Virus record (IMG/VR): IMGVR_UViG_3300012676_000002
Coordinates: 1 to 41,018 of that record
Source: a virus
Taxonomy: Duplodnaviria; Caudoviricetes
Length of the DNA: 41,018 nucleotides
Direction: 5' to 3' (one strand)
The notes beneath the pieces are model-generated. The model was given only the letters and a program-made list of their open reading frames with translations. It was not told where the DNA came from and made no database searches. Positions within the stretch are counted from its first letter, which is position 1. Each line of letters begins with the position of its first letter. Shown in pieces: positions 17,478 to 27,449 of the stretch. A program made the position numbers and the translations under genes.

Positions 17478-17692
17478 TGATTGATCTCCCAAATTTTAAT
17501 GTGACAGCCGTTCTCCAAACCGCTTCTGCAGGTTTGATTCTGTGGGCACTGAAGGTTGTGAAAGATGTTCTAGAAAAAGTGACATCTCTTAGCACATGGG
17601 CCATTGATCACGAAAAAAAGGATGATGAACGGTTTACGTTGCTCGTCGGTCGTAAAGCAGTAAAACGAAAGCGTACCCGTTCTGAGCGCTAA
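17477..17692 (+). CDS. Small single-TM protein (holin-like?)
   Basis: Hydrophobic N-terminal helix, HEKKDDERF and a basic C-terminus. Confidence 0.55.
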   Translation: MIDLPNFNVTAVLQTASAGLILWALKVVKDVLEKVTSLSTWAIDHEKKDDERFTLLVGRKAVKRKRTRSER

Positions 17693-18927
17693 TGGCGAAT
17701 TTACCTCCTGTTCCACACAACACAGACTTTCAAGATAAGAAATCTGGGCGGATTACTCAACCGTGGCTACAGTGGTTGGAACTGCTTCGTGGGATTTTGA
17801 ATAGTGCATCGTCTGGTCTCGGATCAATTCTCCACAATGATTTGTTAGGTGTCACACCCGACCAACATCATGATAGAGAACACGAGCATACCGAATCTGA
17901 TGGATCAGGACGAGTAAGCTATCTCTCTCTGCTTGATGTACCAATAGGTGTAGAGGTTCATAGCAATACCTCTCATGTGACGACAGGATTCCCTGGAGAA
18001 AGTGTTCCTGGAGATGGCCCCAACCAAGGATCGTCACTTTCTGTTGCACGGCTGGATCATCAACACCAACGGGAATCGTTTGGAGTTCCCGGCCCGAGTA
18101 ATTTTCGAGATGTGGTCGCTGAAGGAGAATCATTAAGTGTAGCCCGCGCTGACCATCGACATGGACGCGAGCAAGTGACCTTCCCACTCCCTACGGATGG
18201 CGAAGACGGAGACCCAGGACCTCCTGGTCCTACGGGAACAGCCGGTCCTGCTGGTGCTACAGGTCCAACAGGACCTCCAGGTGCGACAGGGCCTAGCATC
18301 GGCCCTATGGGGCCTCCAGGATGGGATGCTGACCCTCCTGAAGAGCCTTTGATGATGTTTGGGCCAACAGGACCGTCGGGTCCTATTGGGTTGCAAGGAC
18401 CAACAGGAGCCCAAGGCCCAGCGGGACTTGATGGAGACTCCGACGAAGAACCCCCGCTAGTTTTAACACCGTACACTCCGCGGCAGCAATATGTACGGAT
18501 TGGCACAGTTGACGAATTAATTTCTACGACTGTATGGACAACGGCGACAGCCGCGTTATTTTCTAGCGCGGCATTGCGAGAAGTCAAAGTCGGGGATATC
18601 GTCATGGTGTATTGGAAGGTGAACAATACACACGGGGCAACGTCTGGTTTCCAAGAACTTGCTTTTTATGTATCAGCGGGGACTGGGACCTTATTAAATT
18701 TTCATAGCGCGGCTGGTGCTATTGCGACGACATCTCCAGGAACAGCGATTAACCGTACCGGCGTGTCTGGGGTGAGTGGTATTTGGAGAGACTCTGGTGT
18801 ACACCCCTGCTATTGTTCCGTAGCAGGAACCGTGACATTGAGTTTTACTGGAACGACAAGTGGCAGCAACGCTGCGGCGTCAACAACGACAGTACGGATT
18901 GAGTGGTATCGACCACTTATAGTCTAA
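17692..18927 (+). CDS. Tail needle/fibre with His-motifs and collagen-like GXY repeats
   Basis: [10 protein letters not shown]-terminus, VTPDQHH motif, two SLSVAR.DH.H repeats and GXY tracts. Confidence 0.8.
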   Translation: MANLPPVPHNTDFQDKKSGRITQPWLQWLELLRGILNSASSGLGSILHNDLLGVTPDQHHDREHEHTESDGSGRVSYLSLLDVPIGVEVHSNTSHVTTGFPGESVPGDGPNQGSSLSVARLDHQHQRESFGVPGPSNFRDVVAEGESLSVARADHRHGREQVTFPLPTDGEDGDPGPPGPTGTAGPAGATGPTGPPGATGPSIGPMGPPGWDADPPEEPLMMFGPTGPSGPIGLQGPTGAQGPAGLDGDSDEEPPLVLTPYTPRQQYVRIGTVDELISTTVWTTATAALFSSAALREVKVGDIVMVYWKVNNTHGATSGFQELAFYVSAGTGTLLNFHSAAGAIATTSPGTAINRTGVSGVSGIWRDSGVHPCYCSVAGTVTLSFTGTTSGSNAAASTTTVRIEWYRPLIV

Positions 18928-18942
18928 TAAGGAAGACACAAC

Positions 18943-19287
18943 ATGCCTAAGACACCAAAACGGTTAGCTGGACCAGCCTTAGTTGATTCGACAGTGGAAA
19001 CGGTGTATACCGTTCCGGCTGTCACAAAGACTATCGTTCGGCACATTCACGTTCAAAATCCGAGCGCAGGGTATATTACTTTGACGCTTTCTATTGGAAC
19101 TGACGGAGCAGCTACACGCATTTTAGACGCAGTACCCATTGCCCCGACTGCAACAGGCAGTATGGCGAATGTTGTCGACTTCTTCTGTTATTATGTGTTG
19201 GAAGCTGCAGAGATTATTCAGGCTGACTCTGATACCGACGACATTCTGACGCTTACCATTAACGGTGACGAGTTCACGCTGGGGTAA
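18943..19287 (+). CDS. Small beta-sandwich virion protein
   Basis: VYTVPA...IVRHIHVQN pattern; AAGGA RBS. Confidence 0.7.
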   Translation: MPKTPKRLAGPALVDSTVETVYTVPAVTKTIVRHIHVQNPSAGYITLTLSIGTDGAATRILDAVPIAPTATGSMANVVDFFCYYVLEAAEIIQADSDTDDILTLTINGDEFTLG

Positions 19288-19345
19288 ATCCCGACGACTA
19301 TGTGTCATCAGCATTTTTTCCACAATTGATTTAAGGGAGAAATTT

Positions 19346-20065
19346 ATGGCAGCGGGGGCATACGCGGCTGCAGCGGGGGCAGGACTTGGAGCTTTGGGTG
19401 GAGTCATAGGTGCTCGTTCTGCGAATCGAAATATTGGGCGGGCCGGAGACCTCATAGGGCAGTATGGTAATAGAGCCCTGAGTGAGTATACAAACGCTCT
19501 CTCTCAAATGACTTCGACGCTTAATCCCTATATGCAGCTAGGCGAGCGGAGCATGGGCGATACGGAGGCAGCTGCCCGAAGATTTGTGGACCCAACATTG
19601 ACTGGGTTCAACATGCAGAATTATTTTAATGACCCCGGCTATCAATTTCAACTTCAACAGGGTCAACAAGGAATCAACAACGCTGCTGCTGCGAGAGGGA
19701 ATTTCTTTTCTCCTGCAACGATGCAAGCTCTTGGAGAGCACCAGCAAGGTTTGGCTGCGACTGGATTCCAAGATGCTTTTCAACGCTATATGCAAGAACA
19801 ACAAGGGCGTTATGGGCAAGAGATGGGGAGTCAGCAACAGTATTTCAACCAGCTTTCTTCTATCCTAGGGCTTGGAGCGAATGCGACTGGACAACTTGCT
19901 CAAGGTCAGTATGGAACTGGACAAGCCAGGGGCGGTACCCAAATGCAAATTGGATCTGATTTGGCTAATCTCCAATTGGGACGACAGAATCCTTGGGCTG
20001 CTGGGATTCAGGGAGCGGTTTCTGGTGCTGGTGCAGGATTTGGAGCATACAAAGCATTTCAATAA
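19346..20065 (+). CDS. DNA ejection/pilot protein (P22 gp7-like)
   Basis: Gly/Ala N-terminus, PYMQLG and DPGYQFQLQQG...AAARG motifs; start at ATG 19346 with GGGAG RBS. Confidence 0.8.
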   Translation: MAAGAYAAAAGAGLGALGGVIGARSANRNIGRAGDLIGQYGNRALSEYTNALSQMTSTLNPYMQLGERSMGDTEAAARRFVDPTLTGFNMQNYFNDPGYQFQLQQGQQGINNAAAARGNFFSPATMQALGEHQQGLAATGFQDAFQRYMQEQQGRYGQEMGSQQQYFNQLSSILGLGANATGQLAQGQYGTGQARGGTQMQIGSDLANLQLGRQNPWAAGIQGAVSGAGAGFGAYKAFQ

Positions 20066-20073
20066 GGGCTCAC

Positions 20074-21540
20074 ATGCCGATTAATACTTCACTACTTAAA
20101 ACACAGCAAATTGATTTTCAGCCGTTACTTCAAGGTCTCGCTGCGGGCAATGAGATAGAAGGTCAACGTCTACAGAATCAGCTTGCCAAAATGAAGTTGA
20201 AACAGCAAGGCGATGCTGCCAAGTTCTTTGAGAACCTTATGGGTGGTCAAGGTCCAATGGTAGAGACTGCTGAGCCCGGTGTGATGGGTGAGGGAGCCCC
20301 TCCACAAGAGATTGATTGGTTCGAGCTATCTAAGAGCCCGATGGTTCAAATGAACCCAGAATTGGCAGAGCGCGTCAATACGATGGTCAATATGCAGACC
20401 AATGCGTCAAACGCCGATATGAATCGAATCAAGACCACTCAAGAATTTGAGAAATATCAGTCTGAACGTCAATTGTTTAAAGAGACCGAAACGGCCATTC
20501 GTAATTCTGGTCGTGAAGACGTATCTCAATTGTTGCGACTACAGAAGACTGCAACGCCCGAAGCTCAAGCATTGATTGCTGAAGCATTGGACAATCCTAT
20601 CATATCTCTAGCACAACTTCGGAAAAATATCAAAGCTGGAGGGACTGGTAGTACGAAAGAAAAAAATATTGCTGAGTTAATAGCCAGTGGCCAAGCCAAG
20701 ACCCGAATGGAAGCTGAAAAGATTTTGAAGGAACAAGATGTTCGTACTACCCATGACACAAAACTTAAAGCAATTGAAGAGTACATGGGACCGCGGGCTC
20801 TTGATTCCGCTGGATTTCAGTATATGGTTCGGGGCAACGCTCCTGGGGCTGGCTTTGGTGGGATTCTTCCGGTAATTCATAAGAATGCTGAGAAGTGGAT
20901 GACCAAGTTAGGATACATGGACGACGAGGGCCGCCTTTCTCCGAAACTGTTGGCTGCGAGAGCAGACACACAGGGCTTAGAAAGTTCGATTCAACTGCTC
21001 CGTAAGGGTGAGACTGCGATTCAAACATTTGAAGAAACAATCACTGCGTCGTTGCCTCGTTTGAAAGAACTTCATGGAAAGGTTCCAAATGAAGACTGGC
21101 CGCAACTGGCTCGTTTAATTCAGAACTATGCGTTGGACTGGCTGAGTACCGGACAAGCACCGGCTGTTCAGAAACAATTCTCAAATCCGATCACTGAAGA
21201 GTATATGCGTACCATGATGTCCTCAATTTCAGGTGCAATGGGGCGACCCGGAGATGCACAGACTCGACACGAGATTCAGTCGTTCTTGAGTCCAAATATG
21301 TCTGCGAAGGCATTCAAGAAGATTCTCGGGAATATTGACTTCGAGTTGAAGGCAAGAAAGAACGCCTATACTCGTGGCGTGAAAGATAAGTACGATAAAT
21401 TAGACCAAATCTGGGGGAAGGATTCGACTCGTTTATTTGAAGAGATTCCATTGCCGAAGGATGAAGAAATTAGTAACATCGGTCGTTCCAGCCTTGACCT
21501 GGAAGACGTGCTACGGAATAGTGTGACTGGAGTTCAGTAA
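20074..21540 (+). CDS. Putative ejection (internal virion) protein
   Basis: Helical protein following the gp7-like gene; start at MPINTS. Confidence 0.6.
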   Translation: MPINTSLLKTQQIDFQPLLQGLAAGNEIEGQRLQNQLAKMKLKQQGDAAKFFENLMGGQGPMVETAEPGVMGEGAPPQEIDWFELSKSPMVQMNPELAERVNTMVNMQTNASNADMNRIKTTQEFEKYQSERQLFKETETAIRNSGREDVSQLLRLQKTATPEAQALIAEALDNPIISLAQLRKNIKAGGTGSTKEKNIAELIASGQAKTRMEAEKILKEQDVRTTHDTKLKAIEEYMGPRALDSAGFQYMVRGNAPGAGFGGILPVIHKNAEKWMTKLGYMDDEGRLSPKLLAARADTQGLESSIQLLRKGETAIQTFEETITASLPRLKELHGKVPNEDWPQLARLIQNYALDWLSTGQAPAVQKQFSNPITEEYMRTMMSSISGAMGRPGDAQTRHEIQSFLSPNMSAKAFKKILGNIDFELKARKNAYTRGVKDKYDKLDQIWGKDSTRLFEEIPLPKDEEISNIGRSSLDLEDVLRNSVTGVQ

Positions 21541-23033
21541 TGGCCCTTGAACAAGAACTAGTAGATCAACTGTTAATTTCTGAGTGGAAAAAGACTCTTA
21601 CTCCTGAGCAAGAATCGGCGGTAAAAGTTCTGCGGAATCGGAGGGAATTTCCTGAGCCGTTGTCCAATAAGATCAAACACACTATGGGAGAGCAACTTAA
21701 ATACGCATTGAAAGAAACTGGAAAAGAAGCTGCTCGTATGGTTCTGCCTATCAACACAGCGGAACAGATGATGAAACAGGCTTCTCCCCAAGAGGGACCT
21801 CTTAGTAAAGGAATCAGATTTGGTAGCGCGGCTGTGAGTGATGTGTTATCTCTCGCTCCTGCTGCTCAAGCATTCAAACAGTTTCGTGGGGTGAAAGTCC
21901 CAGGAGGCAAGTTTGGTCGTGTTGAACCTCGTCGCGTTGCTGAAGCGGCTGAAGAAGCTGGATTCCTGGCCCACCAAGATCAAATGCGGAGATTGGCCCC
22001 CAGTCGATCAGCGAAGGAATCATACGACAAGGCGGTTAATGAGGCATCTCTTACAGGAGAAACATTTGAAGCCTCTGAGACTTTGGGAGAGATTGGAAAA
22101 TTCCTGGCTCGCTATAAGCCCACCGAAGTAACGAAAATCAAACAGGTGGCGACTACACCTGGACGGACTGAAGTGAAGACTGTTACGAAGTCTATTCCTG
22201 ATTATGAGGCCCCTCCAGTGACCACTAAAACCACGGTGGAAGGCACTGGTACCCGAGAAACGATTCAACAGCAAGACCGCTTCCTTCAAGGGATGGAGAA
22301 GGCGTACCAGGATCTTGAAGCTGTGCAGGCGCGGCTGTTGGAAGTTGGTGGTGCTGTCCCTGCGTCCGAGTGGAAGTCAATGCACTCTCGTCTTCAAGCC
22401 GCATATAACACTCTGAAGAAAGATCCTCGACGCGGAGACATGGTACCGATCTTGGAGGGAATGAAGAAAGACCTTGACAAATTGGCCTCTCCTGCTGCTA
22501 CCTATATGAAAGCTGGAGATATTGCTAATCGCCGCGAGTCTGCATTGGAAATTTTAGATACTGCGGCTGGTGCTGGTGCTACGTCGTCTATGACTGAAGG
22601 TGGTCGATTCTTCAAACGAGTCAACTCAAACAAAATCATCCAAGAACTTCATGCTCCAGCGAACAAATACACAATGGGTTCCTTCTCTGTGGCTGAACGC
22701 AAAGATATGGAAAAAGTGTGGGGAGCGATCTCTCGAATTGAAGAATTGTCCGGTGCTGCGAAGAATTCGGTGGAATCTGCACTCAATACGATCTCTCCTA
22801 TTCGTGGTGTGTATGTTAAAACAGGTGGACACTCCAAAGGGATTGACGTACCTAAACCTCATGGAGTGGAATTGATCAATATCGCCATGATGCTTCCAGG
22901 TGGACCGAAGTTGATCCGAAGTGTGACACAAAAAGGATTGTTATCCCAGACTGGGCAGTTAATGGTTGCTAACTTTGTGTTGGGACAATTTAGGAAGATG
23001 GCTGCTCCACAAACAGTGACAGAGGAAGAATAA
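21540..23033 (+). CDS. Putative ejection (internal virion) protein
   Basis: Position and helical composition; TAATG coupling. Confidence 0.55.
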   Translation: MALEQELVDQLLISEWKKTLTPEQESAVKVLRNRREFPEPLSNKIKHTMGEQLKYALKETGKEAARMVLPINTAEQMMKQASPQEGPLSKGIRFGSAAVSDVLSLAPAAQAFKQFRGVKVPGGKFGRVEPRRVAEAAEEAGFLAHQDQMRRLAPSRSAKESYDKAVNEASLTGETFEASETLGEIGKFLARYKPTEVTKIKQVATTPGRTEVKTVTKSIPDYEAPPVTTKTTVEGTGTRETIQQQDRFLQGMEKAYQDLEAVQARLLEVGGAVPASEWKSMHSRLQAAYNTLKKDPRRGDMVPILEGMKKDLDKLASPAATYMKAGDIANRRESALEILDTAAGAGATSSMTEGGRFFKRVNSNKIIQELHAPANKYTMGSFSVAERKDMEKVWGAISRIEELSGAAKNSVESALNTISPIRGVYVKTGGHSKGIDVPKPHGVELINIAMMLPGGPKLIRSVTQKGLLSQTGQLMVANFVLGQFRKMAAPQTVTEEE

Positions 23034-24262
23034 TGTTTGCCCTTGTGTACCCGAAGTTTCGAGCCTTTACTCCCATCACAAATCTTCCCCTGGTTGGCGG
23101 GAAGCTATTCAGCTATGAAGTCGATACGACGGTCCCAAAAACATTGTATGCCGATCCAGAACTCACGGAACCGTTGACCAATCCTGTGATCCTCGATAGT
23201 AACGGCGAAGCCACAATTTACGGTGAAGGGTCTTATGATTTAGAACTGAAGACGGCCTTAGATGTGGTATTGTGGACTGCCGAATTCATCTCGTTTGACG
23301 ACGATGGTGGGGGCGGTGTGATCAACACGTCCTTGGAATGGATCGAAGAACAGGCGGTTGTCACATTCCTCGATGTTGATTCCTTTTCGGTGCCTGGGGA
23401 TCAACTTGATCTCTTTCACGTCAACAGACGTGTGAAAGTGGATCTCTCTGCATCGTCCCTCTACGGGACAGTGACCTCTGCTACGTTCGCGGCGGGAGAA
23501 ACTACTGTAGTGTTGGATATGGACTCCGGTTCGATTGTCGATGACATCGTAGCCGTGTCTATTGGAATTCTTGACTCACTGAATGATTCCATTCCTCGCA
23601 TTGTGGGATTCTTGGCGTTAACCAATGTGTGGACGAGTCCTAATACATTTGAAGATGCTGTGGTGATCGACAGTACTTTAAATGTAACTGGGGCTGTTGA
23701 TTTCGATAGTAACTTAAATGTTGACGGAAGTGCCGTTATTGATCTGACGCTTTCAGTCGGAACAGACTTAACTGTTGGTGATGATCTGATAGTCACAGAC
23801 GACACAACTATCGGCGGGGATCTCGTTGTTGGATTAACCCTTGATGCTGGGAGTACGACAGTTGATGCTCTCGGTGTCGATATAGTGGCTCCTGCAACTG
23901 GTGGAATCGCTACAAGTGGAGATATTGAAGCTGGGGGGTTGGTCTTTGCCACTGACGGGTTTAAGATGCCCGGTACGGGCGGAGAAACACTCAAAATTAC
24001 CCGTGGGGTAGTTGATTCTGCAGGAGCGGTCACTGAAGGCAGTGGTTTTACCGCTGTGAGAAACTCGACTGGAGATTTTACGATTACGTTCTCAACAGCG
24101 TTCTCAGATGTTCCGTCGTTTCAAGCGACTCCAGTAGGTACCAATCGTTCTATTACGATTGTTGCAGCTTCTACCACACAGGTCAACTATCAAATCCGTG
24201 CGAATAACGACAATGCATTAGCGAACAACGACCACCACATTTTGGCGGTTGGTCCTAAATAA
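23033..24262 (+). CDS. Tail fibre/spike with head-binding N-terminal domain
   Basis: PLVGGKLFSY..DT..PK.LYAD...TNPVILDSNGEA N-terminus; 6-residue beta repeats; TITFSTAFSDVP C-terminal domain. Confidence 0.8.
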   Translation: MFALVYPKFRAFTPITNLPLVGGKLFSYEVDTTVPKTLYADPELTEPLTNPVILDSNGEATIYGEGSYDLELKTALDVVLWTAEFISFDDDGGGGVINTSLEWIEEQAVVTFLDVDSFSVPGDQLDLFHVNRRVKVDLSASSLYGTVTSATFAAGETTVVLDMDSGSIVDDIVAVSIGILDSLNDSIPRIVGFLALTNVWTSPNTFEDAVVIDSTLNVTGAVDFDSNLNVDGSAVIDLTLSVGTDLTVGDDLIVTDDTTIGGDLVVGLTLDAGSTTVDALGVDIVAPATGGIATSGDIEAGGLVFATDGFKMPGTGGETLKITRGVVDSAGAVTEGSGFTAVRNSTGDFTITFSTAFSDVPSFQATPVGTNRSITIVAASTTQVNYQIRANNDNALANNDHHILAVGPK

Positions 24263-24309
24263 AAAAATTCCCCCACCGAAAGACCAGGGACGGTCTTCAG
24301 TGAGGGAAT
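24261..24309 (-). terminator. Intrinsic terminator for leftward transcription
   Basis: Minus strand ATTCCCTCACTGAAGACC...GGTCTTTCGGTGGGGGAAT hairpin followed by a T tract. Confidence 0.7.
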
Positions 24310-24310
24310 A

Positions 24311-24340
24311 GGTCGGAGGGCTACCCCGACTTTAGCCTTT
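24311..24340 (+). terminator. Probable intrinsic terminator of the late arm
   Basis: GTCGG(A)GG-GCTA-CCCCGAC hairpin followed by TTTAGCCTTT. Confidence 0.5.
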
Positions 24341-24478
24341 GACTTTCTTTCTCTGGCCAGCCATATATCCTTGTTTGTATGACACAGACAGATATCCAGA
24401 CAGCTTTGCGTAGTAATATACAATCCCTTCTAGGAACCTCGTACAAGCCCCCTGGAAGGCCCTAGGAAAGGACTTGAT

Positions 24479-24682
24479 ATGCTCAAACACAGTTTGTACC
24501 CCCTTCTAATCCTTGTAATGTGTGGGTGTGTGTCTAACCCTATGATTAAAGAGCAGAAACGGCTTAATGACAAAATAGATGCTATCGCTGCTCAAATGAT
24601 GCAAAATGACCTTGTGTTTGATGCTCAGCATCAGGCGTTAGCCGATCATACGGCTGCTGTGTGTAAGCCTCGGGCTTTTTGA
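24479..24682 (+). CDS. Putative lipoprotein
   Basis: Signal peptide with lipobox-like VMCGC; AGGAAAGGA RBS. Confidence 0.55.
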   Translation: MLKHSLYPLLILVMCGCVSNPMIKEQKRLNDKIDAIAAQMMQNDLVFDAQHQALADHTAAVCKPRAF

Positions 24683-24834
24683 AAGTCTGCATATTGGCTG
24701 TGGTCAGGGTACTTCGGACAGAACCATTCCCGAATGGCTTCCGAGAAGACCCAACCAAAGTCCGCTGCGGTTTCTGTGCCAGCCAAGTGTACCCGTGAGG
24801 GGCAAATAGCACATTCAATTGTGTGTGTGATCAT
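24646..24834 (-). CDS. Small Cys-containing hypothetical protein
   Basis: CAIC...GW...WFCP; ATGA coupling. Confidence 0.6.
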   Translation of the reverse strand: MITHTIECAICPSRVHLAGTETAADFGWVFSEAIREWFCPKYPDHSQYADFQKARGLHTAAV

Positions 24835-25202
24835 GAGATAACCGGCATGTCTAAAACGGGCTCACGTCGTTCCACGTTCTCCGGGCTTGCCGCGTTCCCC
24901 ACCCCAACCAACTCAGGCCCACTAGGATCAGGGCTGTTGGCACATACAGTCCCAGCACTAGGGTCCTCCGGGCCACCAGGTACCACGGAGCCCAATCGTT
25001 CAGTCCCTTCTTGTAAGGCCAATTCCAATTGATCGACATTCACAGTTTCCTCCTGTTTAGTAGTAACCTCAGCTTCAGCCGCCGCAGCGTTACCAGCTTG
25101 AATTAGTCCCACTACAAAGCCCTCTAACTGCCGAAGGCGCGTTTCGTGGTTCTTTAAGGCAGCAATCATATCCACCCGGTAGGGTGCTCGAATCTTTCTC
25201 AC
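24831..25202 (-). CDS. Hypothetical protein
   Basis: GGAG RBS, GTG start. Confidence 0.6.
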   Translation of the reverse strand: MRKIRAPYRVDMIAALKNHETRLRQLEGFVVGLIQAGNAAAAEAEVTTKQEETVNVDQLELALQEGTERLGSVVPGGPEDPSAGTVCANSPDPSGPELVGVGNAASPENVERREPVLDMPVIS

Positions 25203-25312
25203 GGCAATCTCTCCATCACTTTAGCCCACTCATTAAACAACCACAACCAAGCATCCAAGTACAAAAAGTACACAGCAATTACGACCACAGCAACCCAGAA
25301 GATAATATTCAC
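25199..25312 (-). CDS. Small membrane peptide (37 aa)
   Basis: Hand-translated; hydrophobic; overlaps both neighbours. Confidence 0.4.
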   Translation of the reverse strand: MNIIFWVAVVVIAVYFLYLDAWLWLFNEWAKVMERLP

Positions 25313-25521
25313 TAATCTGTCCATTTTATCGGAGCCCAAGTTTTGTAAATTCGTACTTTATGTGATCCTTCAGGAATGCCGCCTACCTTTGATTGTGCTC
25401 TAGCAGCCTGTTGAGTTCTCTCTACAGAGGCCCAGCTACAATCAAGGCAGTACACAATGTAGATATTCATAATATCTTCTTTTGCCCAAGGTTCATTAGA
25501 TTTATGATCATTTAGACTCAC
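25312..25521 (-). CDS. Hypothetical protein (CxxC)
   Basis: ORF coupled to neighbouring genes. Confidence 0.5.
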   Translation of the reverse strand: MSLNDHKSNEPWAKEDIMNIYIVYCLDCSWASVERTQQAARAQSKVGGIPEGSHKVRIYKTWAPIKWTD

Positions 25522-25769
25522 AACGATGCTCTGTGTCCTTTGATTTCCGTAAGCTGAACAATAGCTTTATTGGGAATAGTCATATCTCCCCCAACCTGTC
25601 CAGTTTTACAAATGTGAGCTACTACAGTGGTTGTCGCTTTGGTTCTTTTTAACAACCAACCTACAGATTCACATATCATAGCTTCTTCCCCAGTCAAGAT
25701 ATCTGAAGGGCTATTCCACACCCCACGACTGGAGTTTGAGTCAAGCCATCGAATATAGACAAGCTTCAT
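25518..25769 (-). CDS. Conserved small phage protein
   Basis: LVYIRWLDS...CESVGWL...TIP pattern common in phages. Confidence 0.75.
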   Translation of the reverse strand: MKLVYIRWLDSNSSRGVWNSPSDILTGEEAMICESVGWLLKRTKATTTVVAHICKTGQVGGDMTIPNKAIVQLTEIKGHRASL

Positions 25770-26080
25770 TTCTTCTTCTTCTTCGCCTTCAGACTGATTG
25801 TGTTAATCTTAAGTGTATCTTGTGGAGGTTGAGGAATCACCAACTGTCCATTGGTCGTGTTTCCCTCTTGCCACTGTGCGCCACTTTGAGTCATTAAAAA
25901 CTGTACTGCATCTTTAAGAGGGATTTGTTTTGTGTTAGTATAATAAACGTTCAAATCTCCCCACAAATAATTTGAAATAAATGATGCGCCAGTTTTTTTC
26001 ATTAGAACTGTTACAGCCTCTTCTACAGGTTCTTTTATGGAAAGATATTGTTTTAACCACAGCTTAATTCGTTTGTTCAT
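25766..26080 (-). CDS. Hypothetical protein
   Basis: AGGAG RBS before ATG 26080. Confidence 0.6.
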   Translation of the reverse strand: MNKRIKLWLKQYLSIKEPVEEAVTVLMKKTGASFISNYLWGDLNVYYTNTKQIPLKDAVQFLMTQSGAQWQEGNTTNGQLVIPQPPQDTLKINTISLKAKKKKK

Positions 26081-26352
26081 TTTCTCTCCTTGTTCACTTC
26101 TTCTACTGTGATTGTACACTTCCTCAATTCCACTTCGGTCTCAACCACATACTTCATAAGGGTTTGAGCATCGTCAAACCGAAGACACACAATCTCACCA
26201 TTCCCCTCGACACAGTTAAAGAACCCCTGGTTCAAGATAGGGCGTGTATAGTTATGAGGCACAGGCAACAGTACAGGCTTCATACTGGCACAGCCAGCCC
26301 CAAACACCAGAGCGAAGATCAACCCTTGGAAGAAGAACTTGGCGCAGATCAT
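26077..26352 (-). CDS. Outer-membrane spanin-like lipoprotein (Rz1-like)
   Basis: Signal peptide with lipobox FGAGC, Pro-rich segment; follows the i-spanin candidate. Confidence 0.6.
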   Translation of the reverse strand: MICAKFFFQGLIFALVFGAGCASMKPVLLPVPHNYTRPILNQGFFNCVEGNGEIVCLRFDDAQTLMKYVVETEVELRKCTITVEEVNKERK

Positions 26353-26621
26353 TTTTTCCCCCACAGTTTGTTTAGGTCATCTGCACTCTTTGCCTTAGAT
26401 ACCGCTTCCAGATTCACTTTGGCTTTGTTGTCCTCGGTTGAATGCTTCTCTAAGATTCGCTCCTTGGTCTCGTGTTGCTTGACCGACTCTTTCAGCTTTG
26501 CGTTCTGACTCTTCAGATACACTAAACGCAGCGATGTAGCGAGCAGAACGAACAAGGCCATTAATTGTTTCCAGTAGCGCAATATATTGCTTGTTGCGAA
26601 GGTTGTAAGCCATGCGAGCAT
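26349..26621 (-). CDS. Inner-membrane spanin-like protein (Rz-like)
   Basis: N-terminal TM helix followed by a charged coiled coil; GGAG RBS. Confidence 0.6.
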   Translation of the reverse strand: MLAWLTTFATSNILRYWKQLMALFVLLATSLRLVYLKSQNAKLKESVKQHETKERILEKHSTEDNKAKVNLEAVSKAKSADDLNKLWGKK

Positions 26622-26717
26622 TTTTTAACTCTCCACTTAAATAGAGGTTAGTTTGTTTGAGACTACTAATTTCATCCTCTTTACTATTACTAGATTCCAG
26701 CATAATATCACTAAAAC

Positions 26718-26951
26718 TCACAGGTTGCCCTCCCCCTCTTTTCCCTTCCCACATTTCCACGCATAAATCAATTCTTGAGCAGCACGGGGTGCAATCAGCA
26801 TTCCTGCCAACGTGACGTATTGCCAATCGAATGTTTGGTCATTCACCTTGTAAATATAAGTGATGAAAAGGAACAACAACAGCTTGACGCTCGTGATCCC
26901 TTCATAGAGATTATATAGCCGACCCGTCCAATTTGTGTTGTGATGATTCAT
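26718..26951 (-). CDS. Holin candidate (2 TM)
   Basis: Two hydrophobic segments and a charged C-terminus; upstream of the spanins. Confidence 0.5.
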   Translation of the reverse strand: MNHHNTNWTGRLYNLYEGITSVKLLLFLFITYIYKVNDQTFDWQYVTLAGMLIAPRAAQELIYAWKCGKGKEGEGNL

Positions 26952-27449
26952 TTAATTTTTCCTTCGATCAGAGAGCCCAAACCGACTACCAACAGGACAA
27001 CCTCGTGCTTTAGCGCCGGGCGCGGCGTGCCAGCTCATCCGGCGCGTCTTGACTCCGCTACGGCGGTTGTCAGCGTTGTTAGTCTCCGATAGCTGTGCGA
27101 GCATGGTGGGTGTTGGACCAGCTTTTGGTCGATTGTCCACCACAAACCCACCAAAAATCGCATCAGCGAGAATCGAAGCCCCCGCGATGATATGGCCCAA
27201 GTGGTGAACATTCGAGTCGGTAGCGTTATCTTCTCCATCTCGAAGAGCAAGTATGTGCCGTTCCATAGCATCTAAATAGATGGTGTACTGAATCTTTTGT
27301 TCTCGCCAGTTATACGGTTGATACTTCTTTGCTCCATCAGCCATAGCGAGTGAACCAAGAATGATACCTGCTCCGGGGAGCAGTCCAACAGGTATTTTCT
27401 TTGTACCAATCACATCTTTTGGATTCAAACCTTCTGATTGTTCACTCAT
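26952..27449 (-). CDS. dATP/dGTP diphosphohydrolase domain protein (DUF5664)
   Basis: NPKD.IG.KK.P..LLP, GAKKY..YNWR, YLDAMERH and DS..HHLGH motifs. Confidence 0.85.
   Translation of the reverse strand: MSEQSEGLNPKDVIGTKKIPVGLLPGAGIILGSLAMADGAKKYQPYNWREQKIQYTIYLDAMERHILALRDGEDNATDSNVHHLGHIIAGASILADAIFGGFVVDNRPKAGPTPTMLAQLSETNNADNRRSGVKTRRMSWHAAPGAKARGCPVGSRFGLSDRRKN

Noticed and set aside
20074-23033. Virion RNA polymerase (N4-like) to match the GAA hairpins
   Set aside because: The proteins are about 490 aa each and show no recognisable RNAP motifs
18060-24033. Long antisense ORFs (18060-18626, 23461-24033 and similar)
   Set aside because: Shadow frames of repetitive or biased sense genes; no RBS and no recognisable motifs
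26952-27449. Z-genome or 7-deazaguanine system
   Set aside because: No PurZ, DpdA or Que-family genes recognised; kept only as an open hypothesis
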